The notes beneath the pieces were generated by a model. It did not search any database. It worked only from the letters and a program-made list of their open reading frames with translations, and was not told where the DNA came from. A stretch of DNA of 64,000 nt, taken from NCBI GenBank assembly GCA_951406725.2, contig OX597814.1, positions 30,628,001-30,692,000 of the forward strand. The letters are read 5' to 3'. How positions within the stretch are numbered: the first letter of the stretch is position 1; every line of letters starts with the position of its first letter. The translations under genes were made by a program, and so were the position numbers. The stretch is from Octopus vulgaris. Taxonomy: Eukaryota. Of the stretch, positions 1 to 12,744 are shown piece by piece.

Positions 1-278
1 AACGATGTCAATAACCGGAAGCTATGCCGAAGACGCTTGAAATAAAATCTATTGCAGGAATTTATAGTTGAGAAAACAAGAAAAGCAAATAATCTCTCGT
101 TAATTTTTCTACATCTGTAAGTGCGAGCGTACGTGAGTGTATACGGGGGCGTGTGTGTGTGTCTATATGCGTGCACGCGTGTCTTTGTATAGGTGTACAT
201 ATTATATAGCTCTCTATCCATCTGTCTGCTCTCTCCCTGTCTGTCTGTCTATCTGTCTGTCTCTATACATACACACCC

Positions 279-349
<71 letters not shown>

Positions 350-350
350 G

Positions 351-381
<31 letters not shown>

Positions 382-434
382 TATATATATATATATATAT
401 ATATAACAGATAATATATACTCATTTACACACAC

Positions 435-486
<52 letters not shown>

Positions 487-942
487 CAGATAATATATAC
501 TCATTTACACACACATGTATTTAGCTTATATTATATATTTATATGTTTCCCACTCTATTTGTGTGTGTGCGTGTGTGCATGCATATATACGTACACACAC
601 ATATATGTACACGCACCAATTGTATAAGGAACAAGAAAAATGCTTTTAGAGGAGAAAATCATGTTTATTCGGCTTATATATTATGCTGCTACTTTAAGTT
701 TCACAAATACTCGATCACCGAAGCGGCTATCTAATAAATATGAAAAACATGCCGAGAATCTAAGATGGCGTCAAACTTTCCTCTTCCATTCGTTAACAGA
801 GGCCACGAAAGTTGTATTAAATTTCAGCAATTTCCAATTTAAAAAAGAAAAAAAAAGAAAAAAAAGAGGAGGTACCACTTCACATTATAATAAAATTCGA
901 TGTTTGTTTAAGATTTTTGTTCAGTTACATACGTTACCATAG

Positions 943-1230
943 AATGAAAAGATCCTACGACGTGGTGGTCTGCCTCCTATGACGGAAATCCTCATTGATA
1001 GAAATTTACGTTTTTTTGGGTCACGTACATAGGATGGATAACAACAGACTCCCCAGACATATCCTTTACTCACAATTATGGAAAGGGGAAAAGAAACCAC
1101 GGAAGACATGAATTGAGATTTAAAGACATTGTAAAAAGGAAAATGAAATGGAAAGGAATTGATTATAATAAATGGCAAACTCAAGTGAAAAACCGACCAG
1201 CATGGAGGAAGATTATAAAATCATGCTAAA
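943..1230 (+). mobile_element. RTE-clade LINE 3' fragment (frameshifted)
   Basis: Across two frameshifts it reads NEKILRRGGLPPMTEILIDRNLRFFG-HVHRMDNNRLPRHILYSQLWKG-KRNHGRHELRFKDIVKRKMKWKGIDYNKWQTQVKNRPAWRK, matching the RTE C-terminal pattern (GHV.RM...RLP..ILY..L..G.R..GR...R.KD). Confidence 0.85.
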
Positions 1231-1729
1231 GCCATGACCTACCATAATCGCGACGACTGACGGCAGATATACTTACGTTACCGAAGATCTGAATGCTTTT
1301 GTATCACATATAATATATGTATATAATAGGCCTTTTATAAAAGGAGTTGCTATGACTTGCTAGTAGGAGAGACCATTTTTGATTAAATCATAGCAAACAA
1401 TATTAAATGCAGATGCTAGAAGTATTTTTCTTGATTTGCGTAAATATGAATATGCATATATGTGTGAGCATGCGAGCTTATATATGTATATATATATATA
1501 TATAGGATAAAATATTTATAAGAATTTATCAAGTAGTTAGCGTGAAAAACCTCGAAAGGGAAAATTATAATTATTCCTTTTAAATATATTTATTTATATT
1601 AAGGGCATTAATACACATAAATGCCTCACGCTATGAGGGACTCTTAAAGTCAAAACTACCATAATAAATACAGTGCACCGGATGCGAGGGAATGCAACTC
1701 TAGAAGCGAGTTCCTTAAAAACAGATTCA

Positions 1730-1792
1730 GCCGCATATCATATGATTTCATAATTAGTGCACAAAATGCACTTTTTAATCGTCAGTGCAGGC
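1730..1792 (-). ncRNA. minimal type I hammerhead motif in a (TA)n-adjacent PLE-like repeat (~1505-1900)
   Basis: Minus strand: CUGCA-CUGACGA-stem II (AGUGCA/UGCACU)-GAAA-palindromic UCAUAUGA-UA-UGCGG; AUA cleavage triplet. Confidence 0.6.
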
Positions 1793-1942
1793 ATAAACAA
1801 GACACATAAAAATGAACAAAAAGGAAACATACCAGACGAACACCAAATGTATCCAACATAGCACTTTAAAGTTGTTCATTCGTACAATTTATATAATCTA
1901 TTTAATGTGCTTTGTTGGATACATTTGGTGTTCGTCTGGTAT

Positions 1943-2099
1943 GTCGAGCAGATCGACCCCAGGACTTATTCTTTGTAAGCCTAGTACTTATTCTATCGGT
2001 CTCTTTTGCCGAACCGCTAATTACGGCGACGTAAACACACCAGCATCGGTTGACAAGCGATGTTGCGGGGTGGTAACAAACACAGACACACAAACATAT

Positions 2100-2154
<55 letters not shown>

Positions 2155-2324
2155 CATACATATAGGCGACGGGCTTCTTTCAGTTTCCGTCTACCAAATC
2201 CACTCACAAGGCTTTGGTCGACCCGAGGCTATAGCAGAAGACACTTGCCCAAGGTGCCACGCAGTGGGACTGAACCCGGAACCATGTGGTTGGTTAGCAA
2301 GCTACTTACCACACAGCCACTCCT
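1943..2324 (-). mobile_element. tRNA-derived SINE family A with internal (CA)n(TA)n
   Basis: Minus-strand head GGAGTGGCTGTGTGGTAAG..GGTTCAGTCCC (A/B-box-like), CCTTGGGCAAGTGTCTT core; more than 10 copies in the window. Confidence 0.9.
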
Positions 2325-2540
2325 ATATATACATATATACTTGCATAATCAGATACATACATACATTCATAGTTAACTGAGATTCGAACGAAAACCTTGT
2401 AGAATGCTGTGAAAAGCTCGTGCAGAGTTATCAGCTATTTGATTTCATTATACAGTTGAAATGCTCTTGCTACATGATATACATCAGGAATTCCATATTA
2501 CCCATTGGGTTTATATAACGAACAACTTTTTTTAAACAAT

Positions 2541-2642
2541 CACATGAAGAGGCGCATTCCACATCTTGGATATAAGATAATGGTGACACAACATCTCACT
2601 TATGTGCTACAAGTTTGAGAATGCATCGAAACAGTTGTAGTG
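2541..2642 (+). ncRNA. degenerate type I hammerhead with long stem II (C3 mutated)
   Basis: CAC-AUGAAGA-GGCGCAUUC...GAAUGCAUC-GAAA-CAGUUG-UA-GUG. Confidence 0.5.
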
Positions 2643-2685
2643 CTTTTATCAAAGAACGCCGTTAATTCCATTTTCTTTCTTTGTC

Positions 2686-2764
<79 letters not shown>

Positions 2765-2856
2765 GTATATAAATGAATCCACCAGCCTATTAGACTTTCT
2801 AGTTATCTAATCTGTTAGCTTGTATGTTTGTCTTTCTATAAACATACATACATACA

Positions 2857-2904
<48 letters not shown>

Positions 2905-4277
2905 CGTATATGTATGTCCATATACTTCTGTGTATGTATATAAATATATATACATATACGCACGCACAGACATGCAGATACACATTCATAGAATTCATAC
3001 ACATACATACATGCATACACACACACGTATATATTCATCAAACACAACTGGTTAACATGTCGCTGTTGCTAGGTGATCTATATTCATTATTACCTGGTGA
3101 TGTAATTCTTCACCAAACTAGTGATGTCACGATGATTCTCAGCAGTGTTAATTCTGAGTTGCCAAGCAATTCTATTTTCTTCCCCTCCAGTCAATACACA
3201 CGTTTCATTCTAGGCCTTTTTTTCTTTCCAAATACCCTGTAAACTATTGAGATATGTGCCAAATATATTGACAATGTATTCTATTTAAATTGTAATCACC
3301 ATTGATTCTTTTCAATCGAGGTTTTGTTAACGCAACTTAGATAGATTATATTTCTACTGGGTTAACATACAACTCATTTATTAATGTATATGTACGTTTG
3401 AATGTCTTTCATTCTCTCCGGCTATAAATGTTTAAATGCATATGTATTTATGTACGCACTCCTATAAATATGGTATACATATACATACATACATGCATGC
3501 ATACATACATGCATGCATACATACATGCATGCATACATACATGCATGAAAACATACATGCAATCTACTTACATACCTACACGCACATATACATACATAGC
3601 GAAATATTAGTGAGTAATGTTTGATGATTATATACATGTGTCTGTATGTGTGCATGTACGTGATATATACATACATAATCCATTCACATACACACACACA
3701 CACTTCTACATATGTATGTACACATATGCAGAGATATGCACGTACATATGCAAATACAAAAACGGCCGTAAGTATAGTTGTACAGTTAAGAAGATAGCTT
3801 CACAATGACATGATTCCGGTTTCTAGATAACTGCGTGACACTTTAGAAAAATGTCTACTGCTATAGCCTCACATTGACCAATACATTGTGAGAAATCCGT
3901 TGATCAAACTCCAGAATACTTTGGAATGCACACACACACACATACACATACATACACACACACACATACACACATCCACACAAGCAAATACATTCACATA
4001 TACACATTCATATTATGTACACCCTTGCATACGCAAGCGTGCGAGCAGATGCATATATATGTGCGCGCACATATAATTGCATGCTTATATGTAAGTATGT
4101 ACAAATATATATATATTAATATATTTGTGTATGTGTGTATATACACGTTCGCACGCCTGAGCATGTATGCGCGAGGTAATATACACAGAAGGAAGGAAAC
4201 GCACCAAAGAAAAAAAAATTTAAACAAAAATTGCATTGGTTTAATCTCTTTTACTCTTTTACTTGTTTCAGTCATTT

Positions 4278-5173
4278 GACAGTACAAACATATAAACAGT
4301 AAAAAATATATATATAAACAGTGGAAAAATAAATATATAACAGTGAGAGACAGGACAAGGAGAACAAGATAAGAAGGGCTGTTAACGCCAGACGAAAAAA
4401 GTATTGCAAACGCTGGATTATAGTGGACGACGAGAGAGGAAGATGTCGACCAGTGGCCTTAGAAGGCAGGCGAGAAAGGACGGGATAGCAGTTACGACGG
4501 AAGTACGTCGCAGATGGACGGCGGGAATTGGGGAGGAGGAGCAAGAGGAAGAGAGAGAAGGAGGGGAATGGTGCGAGGAGACCATGAAGAACAGTGAGGG
4601 GAGAGAGAGAGGAAGAGACAAGTTAAGTGAGGGAAAAAAGACGAAAAAAGGGAATGGGAGAGAAAGAAAGAAAGATGCAGAGTCGCGTGAGAGTTAATAT
4701 CAAGGCGAACTTGATAAACAGAACAATCTTACTTAATAGGGTGCGTGCGTTTAGTCGTATAATATGTTAATAAAATATATGCATATATATAAACATATAT
4801 GTACGTACCTACCTCTACATGTACATATACACGCATATATGTGTACAGGACACCAAAAGGACGTCGAACACATAGAGAGACGAAAAAACAGAACATAGAC
4901 GAAACACATAGAAACCAAGGAACAAGACAAGCAAAAAAAGGGAGATACAGGACAATAAGCACAACGAAAAATCCCCTTCTTCAGTCGCTAAAGTTTCATC
5001 TACTAAACGTTTCGAAGGATAAAAGCGAGACGTATACTTCGAATGAAAAATTCCTTCCCGCGAAAAGCAAATCAATTAAAATTCTGAGATCTTGTCGCAG
5101 AGGGGTAAAAAAAGCAAGACGGTAACGACAGTACAAACATATAAACAGTAAAAAATATATATATAAACAGTGG

Positions 5174-5177
<4 letters not shown>
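4278..5177 (-). mobile_element. PLE-like non-autonomous element with ~50-bp terminal direct repeats
   Basis: GACAGTACAAACATATAAACAGTAAAAAATATATATATAAACAGTGGAAAA at 4278 and 5127; abuts (TA)n; carries the reversed-order HHR-like motif. Confidence 0.55.
4971..5033 (-). ncRNA. reversed-strand-order hammerhead-like motif (candidate)
   Basis: Minus strand: ACGUC|UCGCU-uuu-AUCCUUC-GAAA-CGU...AGCGA-CUGAAGA-AGGGGAU; all three helices can form. Confidence 0.55.
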
Positions 5178-5227
<50 letters not shown>

Positions 5228-5535
5228 TATATACATGTATGTATGTATTTGTTATTTGTGTCTGTGTTTGTCCACTCACCCCGCTCATCGTCGCCTGACA
5301 ACCATTGTTGGTTTGTTTACATGCCCCTCACTTAGCAATTCGACAAAAATAAACCGATACAATAAGTAATAGGCTTACAAAGAATAAGCCCCGGGGTCAA
5401 TTTGTTCGAATAAAAGTGACGCTCCAGTATGGCCGCAGTCAAATGACTGAAAAACGTAAAGGAATAAAAGAAAAAAAGAGAAGAACACTTTTTAAAACTA
5501 TATATTTCTATATATTTACTATACTCTTTACTCAT

Positions 5536-5941
5536 TTTACTCTTTTACTTGTTTCAGTCATTTGACTGCGGCCATGCTGGAGCACCGCCTTTAGTCGAGT
5601 AAATCGACCCCAAGACTTATTCTTTGTAAGCCCAGTACTTATTCTATCGGTCTCTTTCGCCGAACCGCTAAGTGACGGGGACGTAAACACACCAGCATCG
5701 GTTGTCAAGCAATGCTAGGGGTACAAACACAGACACACAAACACACACACATACACATATATACATATACATATATACGATAGGCTTCTTTCAGTTTCCG
5801 TCTACCAAATCCACTCACAAGGCATTGGTCGGCCCGGGGCTATAGCAGAAGACACTTTCCCAAGATGCCACGCAGTGGGACTGAACCCGGAATCATGTGG
5901 TTGGTTAGCAAGCTACTTACCACACAGCCACTCCTGCGCCT
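5536..5941 (-). mobile_element. SINE A, full length
   Basis: Complete head to tail, with (AGAGTAAA)-like tail repeats. Confidence 0.92.
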
Positions 5942-6134
5942 ACAGGTACTTTATCTTTTTATCTGTTCCTGCCTTTTGTTAACATTGAGGATGGTGAAAT
6001 CCCTAAACTTAGATCTAACACCTTAATTGATATAAAAGAACATATCTTTATTAGTACTGATCATACCAAGCTAATTTTACCTAGTTTCAGTCTTCCATGC
6101 ATTGTATATATATAAAGAGAAGATATTTAATACT

Positions 6135-6368
6135 CTGTACTCTCTTTACACTTTTACTTGTTTCAGTAACTTGACTGTGGCCATGCTGCAGCACCGCCTT
6201 TAGTCGAGCACATCGACCGCAGGACTTATTCTTTGTAAGCCTAGTACTTATTCTATCGGGTTCTTTTGCCAAACCGCTAAGTTACGGGGACGTAAACTCA
6301 CCAGCATCGGTTGTCAAGCGATGTCGGGGTGACAAACACAGACACACACAGACACACACACACACGCA

Positions 6369-6438
<70 letters not shown>

Positions 6439-6703
6439 CATACGACGGGCTTCTTTCAGTTTCCGTCTACCAAATCCACTCACAAGGCTTTGGTTGGCCC
6501 GAGGCTATAGTAGAAGACACTTGCCGAAGGTGCCACGCAGTGAAACTGTGTGTAGTAGTGGCGCGCGCACATATTATTAGCCATTTGAAAAGACTATGAA
6601 AGTCTCGACCACGGTCGAACAATGATGACAATGATGATGAAACTGAACCCGGAACGATGTAGTTTGTAAGCAAATTACTTACAACACAGCCACTCCTACG
6701 CCT
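6135..6703 (-). mobile_element. SINE A, full length, with a ~90-bp insertion in its head
   Basis: Family homology; insertion flanked by TGAAACTG at 6541 and 6638. Confidence 0.9.
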
Positions 6704-7123
6704 ATGTATACTTAGGGTCGAATAGTTGGTGTAATCATGATATTCTAATGATCTGAAGAGCTAGTTTTCTTTATCTGAATTAATTTTTGAATAATGCGTA
6801 GCATGCATAATGATGCGGGCACGTCAATCTATTATGCTCTGAAATTATTATTATATGAAGAAGGTTGTGAAACGGCTGTACGCTTAATACTGACAAGCGG
6901 TTAGATAAATATATTTACCTCTCATACACCCTGACGTTTTACAGCTTAAATGCTCTTTATGAAATAATTTTATCCATCGGATCTTTTGGATTTCAGCTAC
7001 ATGGACACTCTGTGGTAGATTACTATGTGATTTATTCGCCGAGTCCGTTAGTGGAGCTTTCTGTGAAAGCCACATTACATTTTTCTAAGAATCTATATAT
7101 TATACTACCCCGCCAAACACACA

Positions 7124-7223
<100 letters not shown>

Positions 7224-7702
7224 CACACACACACTTTCTGTTAGCCTCACTTTGTGTTTACAAACAACAAAGCGAACGCTTACGAACCCGCATATTATTA
7301 CTATCTACCATCTCACAGGAGAGTTGTATGGCTTCTAGAAAAATAGCAGCTAATTCACCCTTCGAGTAACATTTCATTGTCAATGACGAATGTATAAAAA
7401 TGACAGAAAATGGAGGTAGTAGTCGTAATAATCTCTCTTTCTGGGGGTGAGGATTCAATTATTTAATTTAGAAAAATGTAATTTAGGAAAATGCATACTC
7501 CATGTAGTTGGAAATTAATGAAATCGGTGCTAATTCACCCCGAAAGGAAATTTAGAAATTGATTATAAAGCATTAAAGAAACTCTGAAACGTAGGATGAA
7601 AGAACTAAAATTAAAAGAAGAAATAATATAAGAAACATGAATAAAAGTGTAAAAACCTCCAAACATTTGCATAATCCATCCTGAAGTATTGGGAATGATA
7701 TA

Positions 7703-8530
7703 TGAGGTCTGATCAATAAGTATCCGGACTGATGCTATAAAAACAAAACTATAAGTACCAATTTGCTATTTAATCTTCTTCAGTCTCCTTCGGGACTCAT
7801 ACACATAATCCAGTGCTGTTTCCACTGATGGGAGCATTCCTGGAGCTCGTTTTCTGGGATGAACAGCAACTGCCTCATCGCATTCACTTTGGTTTTCTCG
7901 ACATCCTGAAATCTTCCTTTCAAGCGGGATTTGATTTTTGGAAAGAGGAAAAGTCGCAACGGGAATACGGTGGCTGTTGGACTTGAGGAATGGTGTGCCC
8001 AGCCTAAAAACCGTTGCACAAGCTGCTATGAATGAACAGGGGCATTATCAGCTGAAAGCAGTTTTGGCACAAACTTGGTAGACACGCGTCCCATACCCAA
8101 ATCTTCAATGATAATGGACTGAACTGAACCGTAACTAATCTGCACATCGTCAGATAACTCACGGATGATGATTCAACGATTTCCCCTCAGAGCTGCACGC
8201 CCACCTGCGATGTTTTTCTCAGTTCTGCTGGCTGCAGTTCTCCCACAATGTTCGTCATTATCGACAATTTTTCGTCTCATACATTCCGCTTCATACACTT
8301 TCTGCAAATTTGCGTAGGCCTCTGATTAGGTATCGCCAAGCTTTTGGCAAAATTTGATGCAGATTTAAAGTCAATGCGACGATCACATACTACACTGGTT
8401 CCTTCTAAGCACTGCTGTAAACAGCAGAAGGGAGCTAGAGCGTTATCACTTAGTGCGCTATCTTTGCCAAGCGGCTTCACTCTGCTTTGTCACTATGGCA
8501 ACAGTCCGGATACTTATTGATCAGATCACG
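7703..8530 (-). mobile_element. internally deleted mariner transposon
   Basis: TIRs (TCTGATCAATAAGTATCCGGACTG) with TA TSD at both ends; transposase remnant FLFPKIKSRLKGRFQDVEK...QWKQHW. Confidence 0.9.
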
Positions 8531-8570
8531 TATGGAAAATCATACCTTACAGCTAAAGATAACTCGATAA

Positions 8571-8692
8571 AATTTATCCGAAAAGATGAAAGGCAAAGTT
8601 GACCTCGGCGGAATTTGAACTCAGGATGTAATGAACTGGAAGAAATGACGCAAATCATTTTGTCGGACGCGCTAAAGATTCTGTTAGCTCGG
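8571..8692 (-). mobile_element. SINE family B, partial
   Basis: Reverse complement of GAGCT..CAGAATC.TTAGC..GAGTTCAAATTCCGCCGAGGTCAACTTTGCCTTTCATC. Confidence 0.8.
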
Positions 8693-8949
8693 GCCGAATT
8701 AATTGGGTTCAGTACATGTCGAAAAAGAGTACAGTGGATAGCTTACATCGAACAAGAAGAAAACGAAATCCACAAGAACAGTATATAAGGAAATCGTAAC
8801 AGGAAATCGTCTTTTATAAAAGAGAGAACAACCTAAAGCAATTTGGTTTACATTGGAATGTCACAAAACTTCATTGTTTTGGAGGGCTTACAGTTGTTTT
8901 TCTTCTCACAATTGTACATAACTTTTTTCTACGTATACTAACCCAGAAA

Positions 8950-9420
8950 TTTAGCAAAAATTCCATCGAATAATTATTGCAGCGATATTATCATACCTAC
9001 GATGTTTGTATTCATTCTGAGCAGAGGACATTCTGATGAAATGTGAGTTATAATCTTATCCTAATCATATCATCCTATATTTGCGAAAGCATTCCTTCTT
9101 GGTCCAATTTACGCTTTGAGTTTGTTCTTGTACTGCGAAAATAATTCCCTCGATCTCTTTCTTCGATATTCCTTCACGAAGCCATGCCTAGCTGTCCTTG
9201 CAACCCATTTTGCGTTATTGAAAAAGTTAGAGCAAAGCTACTTTCCCTTGTTTGGGTTTTGCACCTTAAGGAGTCGTTCGCTTAGTTTTCTTTTTAAGAA
9301 GCACCTCTTATTTTTCTAGATTGAAATCGGATTTGTCTTCTCTAGTTCTGCTACCTCTTTGAAATTCGTTAGCCCTCTTTCACTTTTTGTTCTTTTAATG
9401 TAAAGGTTCATTAATACTAT
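8950..9420 (-). mobile_element. highly decayed R4/Dong LINE C-terminal fragment
   Basis: Broken translations ECPLL..RRYDNIAAII.RWNFC and ERGL..., resembling the EC..LAQ.EY..RHD.VA..IHW.LC motif. Confidence 0.45.
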
Positions 9421-9425
9421 TATTA

Positions 9426-9862
9426 AGGCGGTGAGCTGGCAGAATCGTTAACACGCCGGACGAAGTGCTTAACGGCATTTCGTCCTGTTTTATGTTCTGA
9501 TTTCAAATTTCGCCGAGATTGACTTTGCCTTTCATCCTTTCGGGGTCGAAAAATTAAGTACCAGTTGAGTACTGGGGTCGATGTGATCGACTGTCCTCTT
9601 CCCTACAAAATCCAGGCCTTGTGCTTATAGTAGAAAAGATTATTATTATTTCTAAGGCGGCGAGCTGGCAGCATCGTTAGCACGCTGAGCAAAATGTTTA
9701 GCGGCATTTCGTTTGCCCTTACATTCTCAGTTCAAATTCTACCGGAGTCGTCTATTCCTTTTGTCCTTTCGGGGTCGATAAATTAAGTTAAACACTACGG
9801 TCAATGTAATCCACTAGTCCCTTTCTCCCAAATCTTCAAGCCTTGTGCCTTGAATAAAAAGG
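9426..9862 (+). mobile_element. two tandem SINE B copies (ATT-tailed subfamily)
   Basis: Copies at 9426-9640 and 9655-9862; Meta/Nin-like core TTTGCCTTTCATCCTTTCGGGGTCGA; tails end GGCCTTGTGC..AAAAG(ATT)n. Confidence 0.88.
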
Positions 9863-9883
9863 ATTATTATTATTATTATTATT

Positions 9884-10325
9884 GAGTGAGAGAGACACTG
9901 GGGTAAAATATACGATGCCCAGTATACCCATCATGACTACCCGTCTGATAAGGGTACACCAGGCACATGCATCACAGTTAATTTTTAAAGTTAAATTAAA
10001 ATACATGAGCAGCATCAGTTCTCACATCGACAATGCTCTTCTCAATACGTGTGATGTACCAGTTAAGACAATTTTTTGCACTTCTTGCAGGGATGGTAAG
10101 CCAGGGATCATTCTCATATAATTTTCGGTTCCCTTCTTGATCATTCCTAGTGCTCCTACGATCACTGGTATTGTAACCGCCTTGAGATGCCACATTTTCT
10201 CAATTTCAATGTGTAGGTCTTTATATTTTCTGAGCTTGTCAAACTCTTTCGCTGAGATATTATGATCACAGGGGATGCTCATGACGATCAATAAGCAAAC
10301 TTTATTGTTTTGGTCTTTCACAACA
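9884..10325 (-). mobile_element. R4/Dong LINE 3' end (restriction-like endonuclease plus 3' UTR)
   Basis: ORF 10022-10321 EFDKLRKYKDLHIEIEKMW...VIVGALG; flanked on both sides by (AAT)n. Confidence 0.88.
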
Positions 10326-10328
10326 ACA

Positions 10329-10411
<83 letters not shown>

Positions 10412-10415
<4 letters not shown>

Positions 10416-10942
10416 TAGTTTTATATTTATAGCGTGCTTTCACTTCACTACCGAGCCCTGCTCTGTGTGGCTTTGGTATGTGCTGTGGTTTGCTGTGATG
10501 TTCTTATGGTTACTGTATTGAAAGTGATTTGCGTAGGATGTGTGCAGTGCCCAGTAGTGCAATTTTGTGTATGTTATATAAATTTATAAGTTCTGGTATT
10601 TTTGTTATGTAGTTGTCTGAATATTTTCTTTTATCATACCTAATGCGCCTACTATGATAGGAATTGTTTCTGTTTTTAGACTCCACATTCGAGTTACCTC
10701 TATTTCCAGGTCTTTGTATTTTGAAAGTTTTTCCATTTGTTTTAGAGAAACGTTGTCATCTGGTTGTCTGCTGGTATTGATACATCAATTAGAAAGCATG
10801 TTTTTTCCTCATGATCTCTGGCAACTATATCTGGCCTATTGGCCTTAATTTCTCTATCTGTATGTATTGGCATATCCCAGAGTATGGTTGCTTTCTCATT
10901 TTCTGTGACCTTTTCTGGTGTGTGCTTATACCATCTCTTTTC
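10412..10942 (-). mobile_element. R4/Dong LINE 3' end, same family as 58791-59221
   Basis: WDMPIHTDREIKANRPDIV...LIDVSIP, KYKDLEIEV; 3' UTR nearly identical to 59124-59221; within (AAT)n. Confidence 0.9.
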
Positions 10943-10965
10943 TGTTGTTGTTGTTGTTGTTGTTG

Positions 10966-11000
<35 letters not shown>

Positions 11001-11002
<2 letters not shown>

Positions 11003-11212
11003 GGCAGCGAGCTGTGTGAATCGTTCGCACACTGGGCAAAATGCTTCGCGGCATTTCGCCCTTCTTTAACTTCTGAGTTGAAATTTGCCGAGACCGACTT
11101 TGCCCTTTGAGGTCGATGAATTAAGTGCCCGTCAAGTACTAGGGTCGATGTAATCGACTATCCCCCTCCTCTCAAATACCGTAGTATAGCGTAGTGCCTA
11201 TAAAAGAAAGGA
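11001..11212 (+). mobile_element. SINE B (ATT-tailed)
   Basis: Family homology; preceded and followed by ATT repeats. Confidence 0.82.
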
Positions 11213-11268
11213 TTATTATTATCTCTACTTTTATGCTGAATACCTTTTTATGTTTACGCACACACACC

Positions 11269-11338
<70 letters not shown>

Positions 11339-11786
11339 CATTGCATATATTATATCAAAATTTACTATATCTTATTTAAATGCTATAGATTATAGTTACG
11401 AGAGCTAGCACTTCATATCGAGTTCGCGATCAACAAACTCTTGCCCCCATAGCATTGAGTACTCTTTTGAACTTCTCGCCTGTACTTACGTAGAAGGTAC
11501 ACGCACACACACACATGCATAAGCATATATACGTATATGTATATATATATATATATATAGTTACATAATAGTTATAGATATGGAAATGGGGACCTTCAGT
11601 TCCGAATAGTAATTGAAACGGAAACAAGCGACACGTCGGAGACTATTTCGATTCTCCTAAATTAATTGGTACATACATATTTACTATCATTTTGTCAGTC
11701 TGACCGTCTGTATACTTGTTGACCGATAACGGATGTCATGAAAATATAATAGTGCCTTAATAGTCCATTCTATACACGCACACATT

Positions 11787-11852
<66 letters not shown>

Positions 11853-11874
11853 CATGTAGGTATGCATGTATTAT

Positions 11875-11999
<125 letters not shown>

Positions 12000-12111
12000 G
12001 AAAATACTTATAGGGTAAAAACGACTGACATTTCTTTATGTATGCCTTCATTTGTTTTCAATTCATTCCTTTTACGTTATGCATTATATATATATATATA
12101 TATATATATTC

Positions 12112-12520
12112 TTTTATTTGTTTCAGTCATTAGACTGCGACCAAGCTGGGGCACCACCTTGAAGAATTCTTAGTCGAACGAATCGAACTCAATACTTATT
12201 TTGTTTTTTAAGATTGGTACTTATTCTATCGGTCCCTTTCGCCGAACCGCTAATTTACGGGGTCGTAAACATAAGCCGCCCCACCAACACTCGTTGTCAA
12301 GTTGTGGTGGTTGACAAACACAGACACAAAGACACAAACACACACACTCATAAATATAAATATAGATACACTACGGGCTTCTTTCAGTTTCCGTCTACAA
12401 GGTTTTGGTCGGACCGAAGCTTTAGTATAAAATGCTTGCTCAAGGTACCACGCATTGGGGCTGAACCCAAAATCACGTGGTTGGGAAGCAAACTTCTTAC
12501 AACACAACTACGCCTGCGCC
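12112..12520 (-). mobile_element. SINE A, diverged
   Basis: Family homology across head and tail. Confidence 0.82.
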
Positions 12521-12532
12521 AATAAATATGTA

Positions 12533-12594
<62 letters not shown>

Positions 12595-12628
12595 ATAATA
12601 ACAATTATTAGAAAATTTTTTTCTAATT

Positions 12629-12662
<34 letters not shown>

Positions 12663-12744
12663 TAGTAGGGAATATAATTCCAAATCTTACAGGGAAAAAT
12701 TCAGTTTAACAATTTTAAATCAAATTTCACAATATATAATATAT

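Larger units (their letters stand above)
3765..5470 (+). mobile_element. old SINE A copy split by microsatellite expansion and a nested insertion
   Basis: Diverged head at ~3765-3920 and 3' half at ~5240-5470, in the same orientation. Confidence 0.55.

Noticed and set aside
403-520. 38-bp duplication beside (TA)n
   Set aside because: Ordinary slippage or assembly duplication
3050-3240. Possible minus-strand terminal exon
   Set aside because: All frames stop within about 15 codons and there is no homology signal
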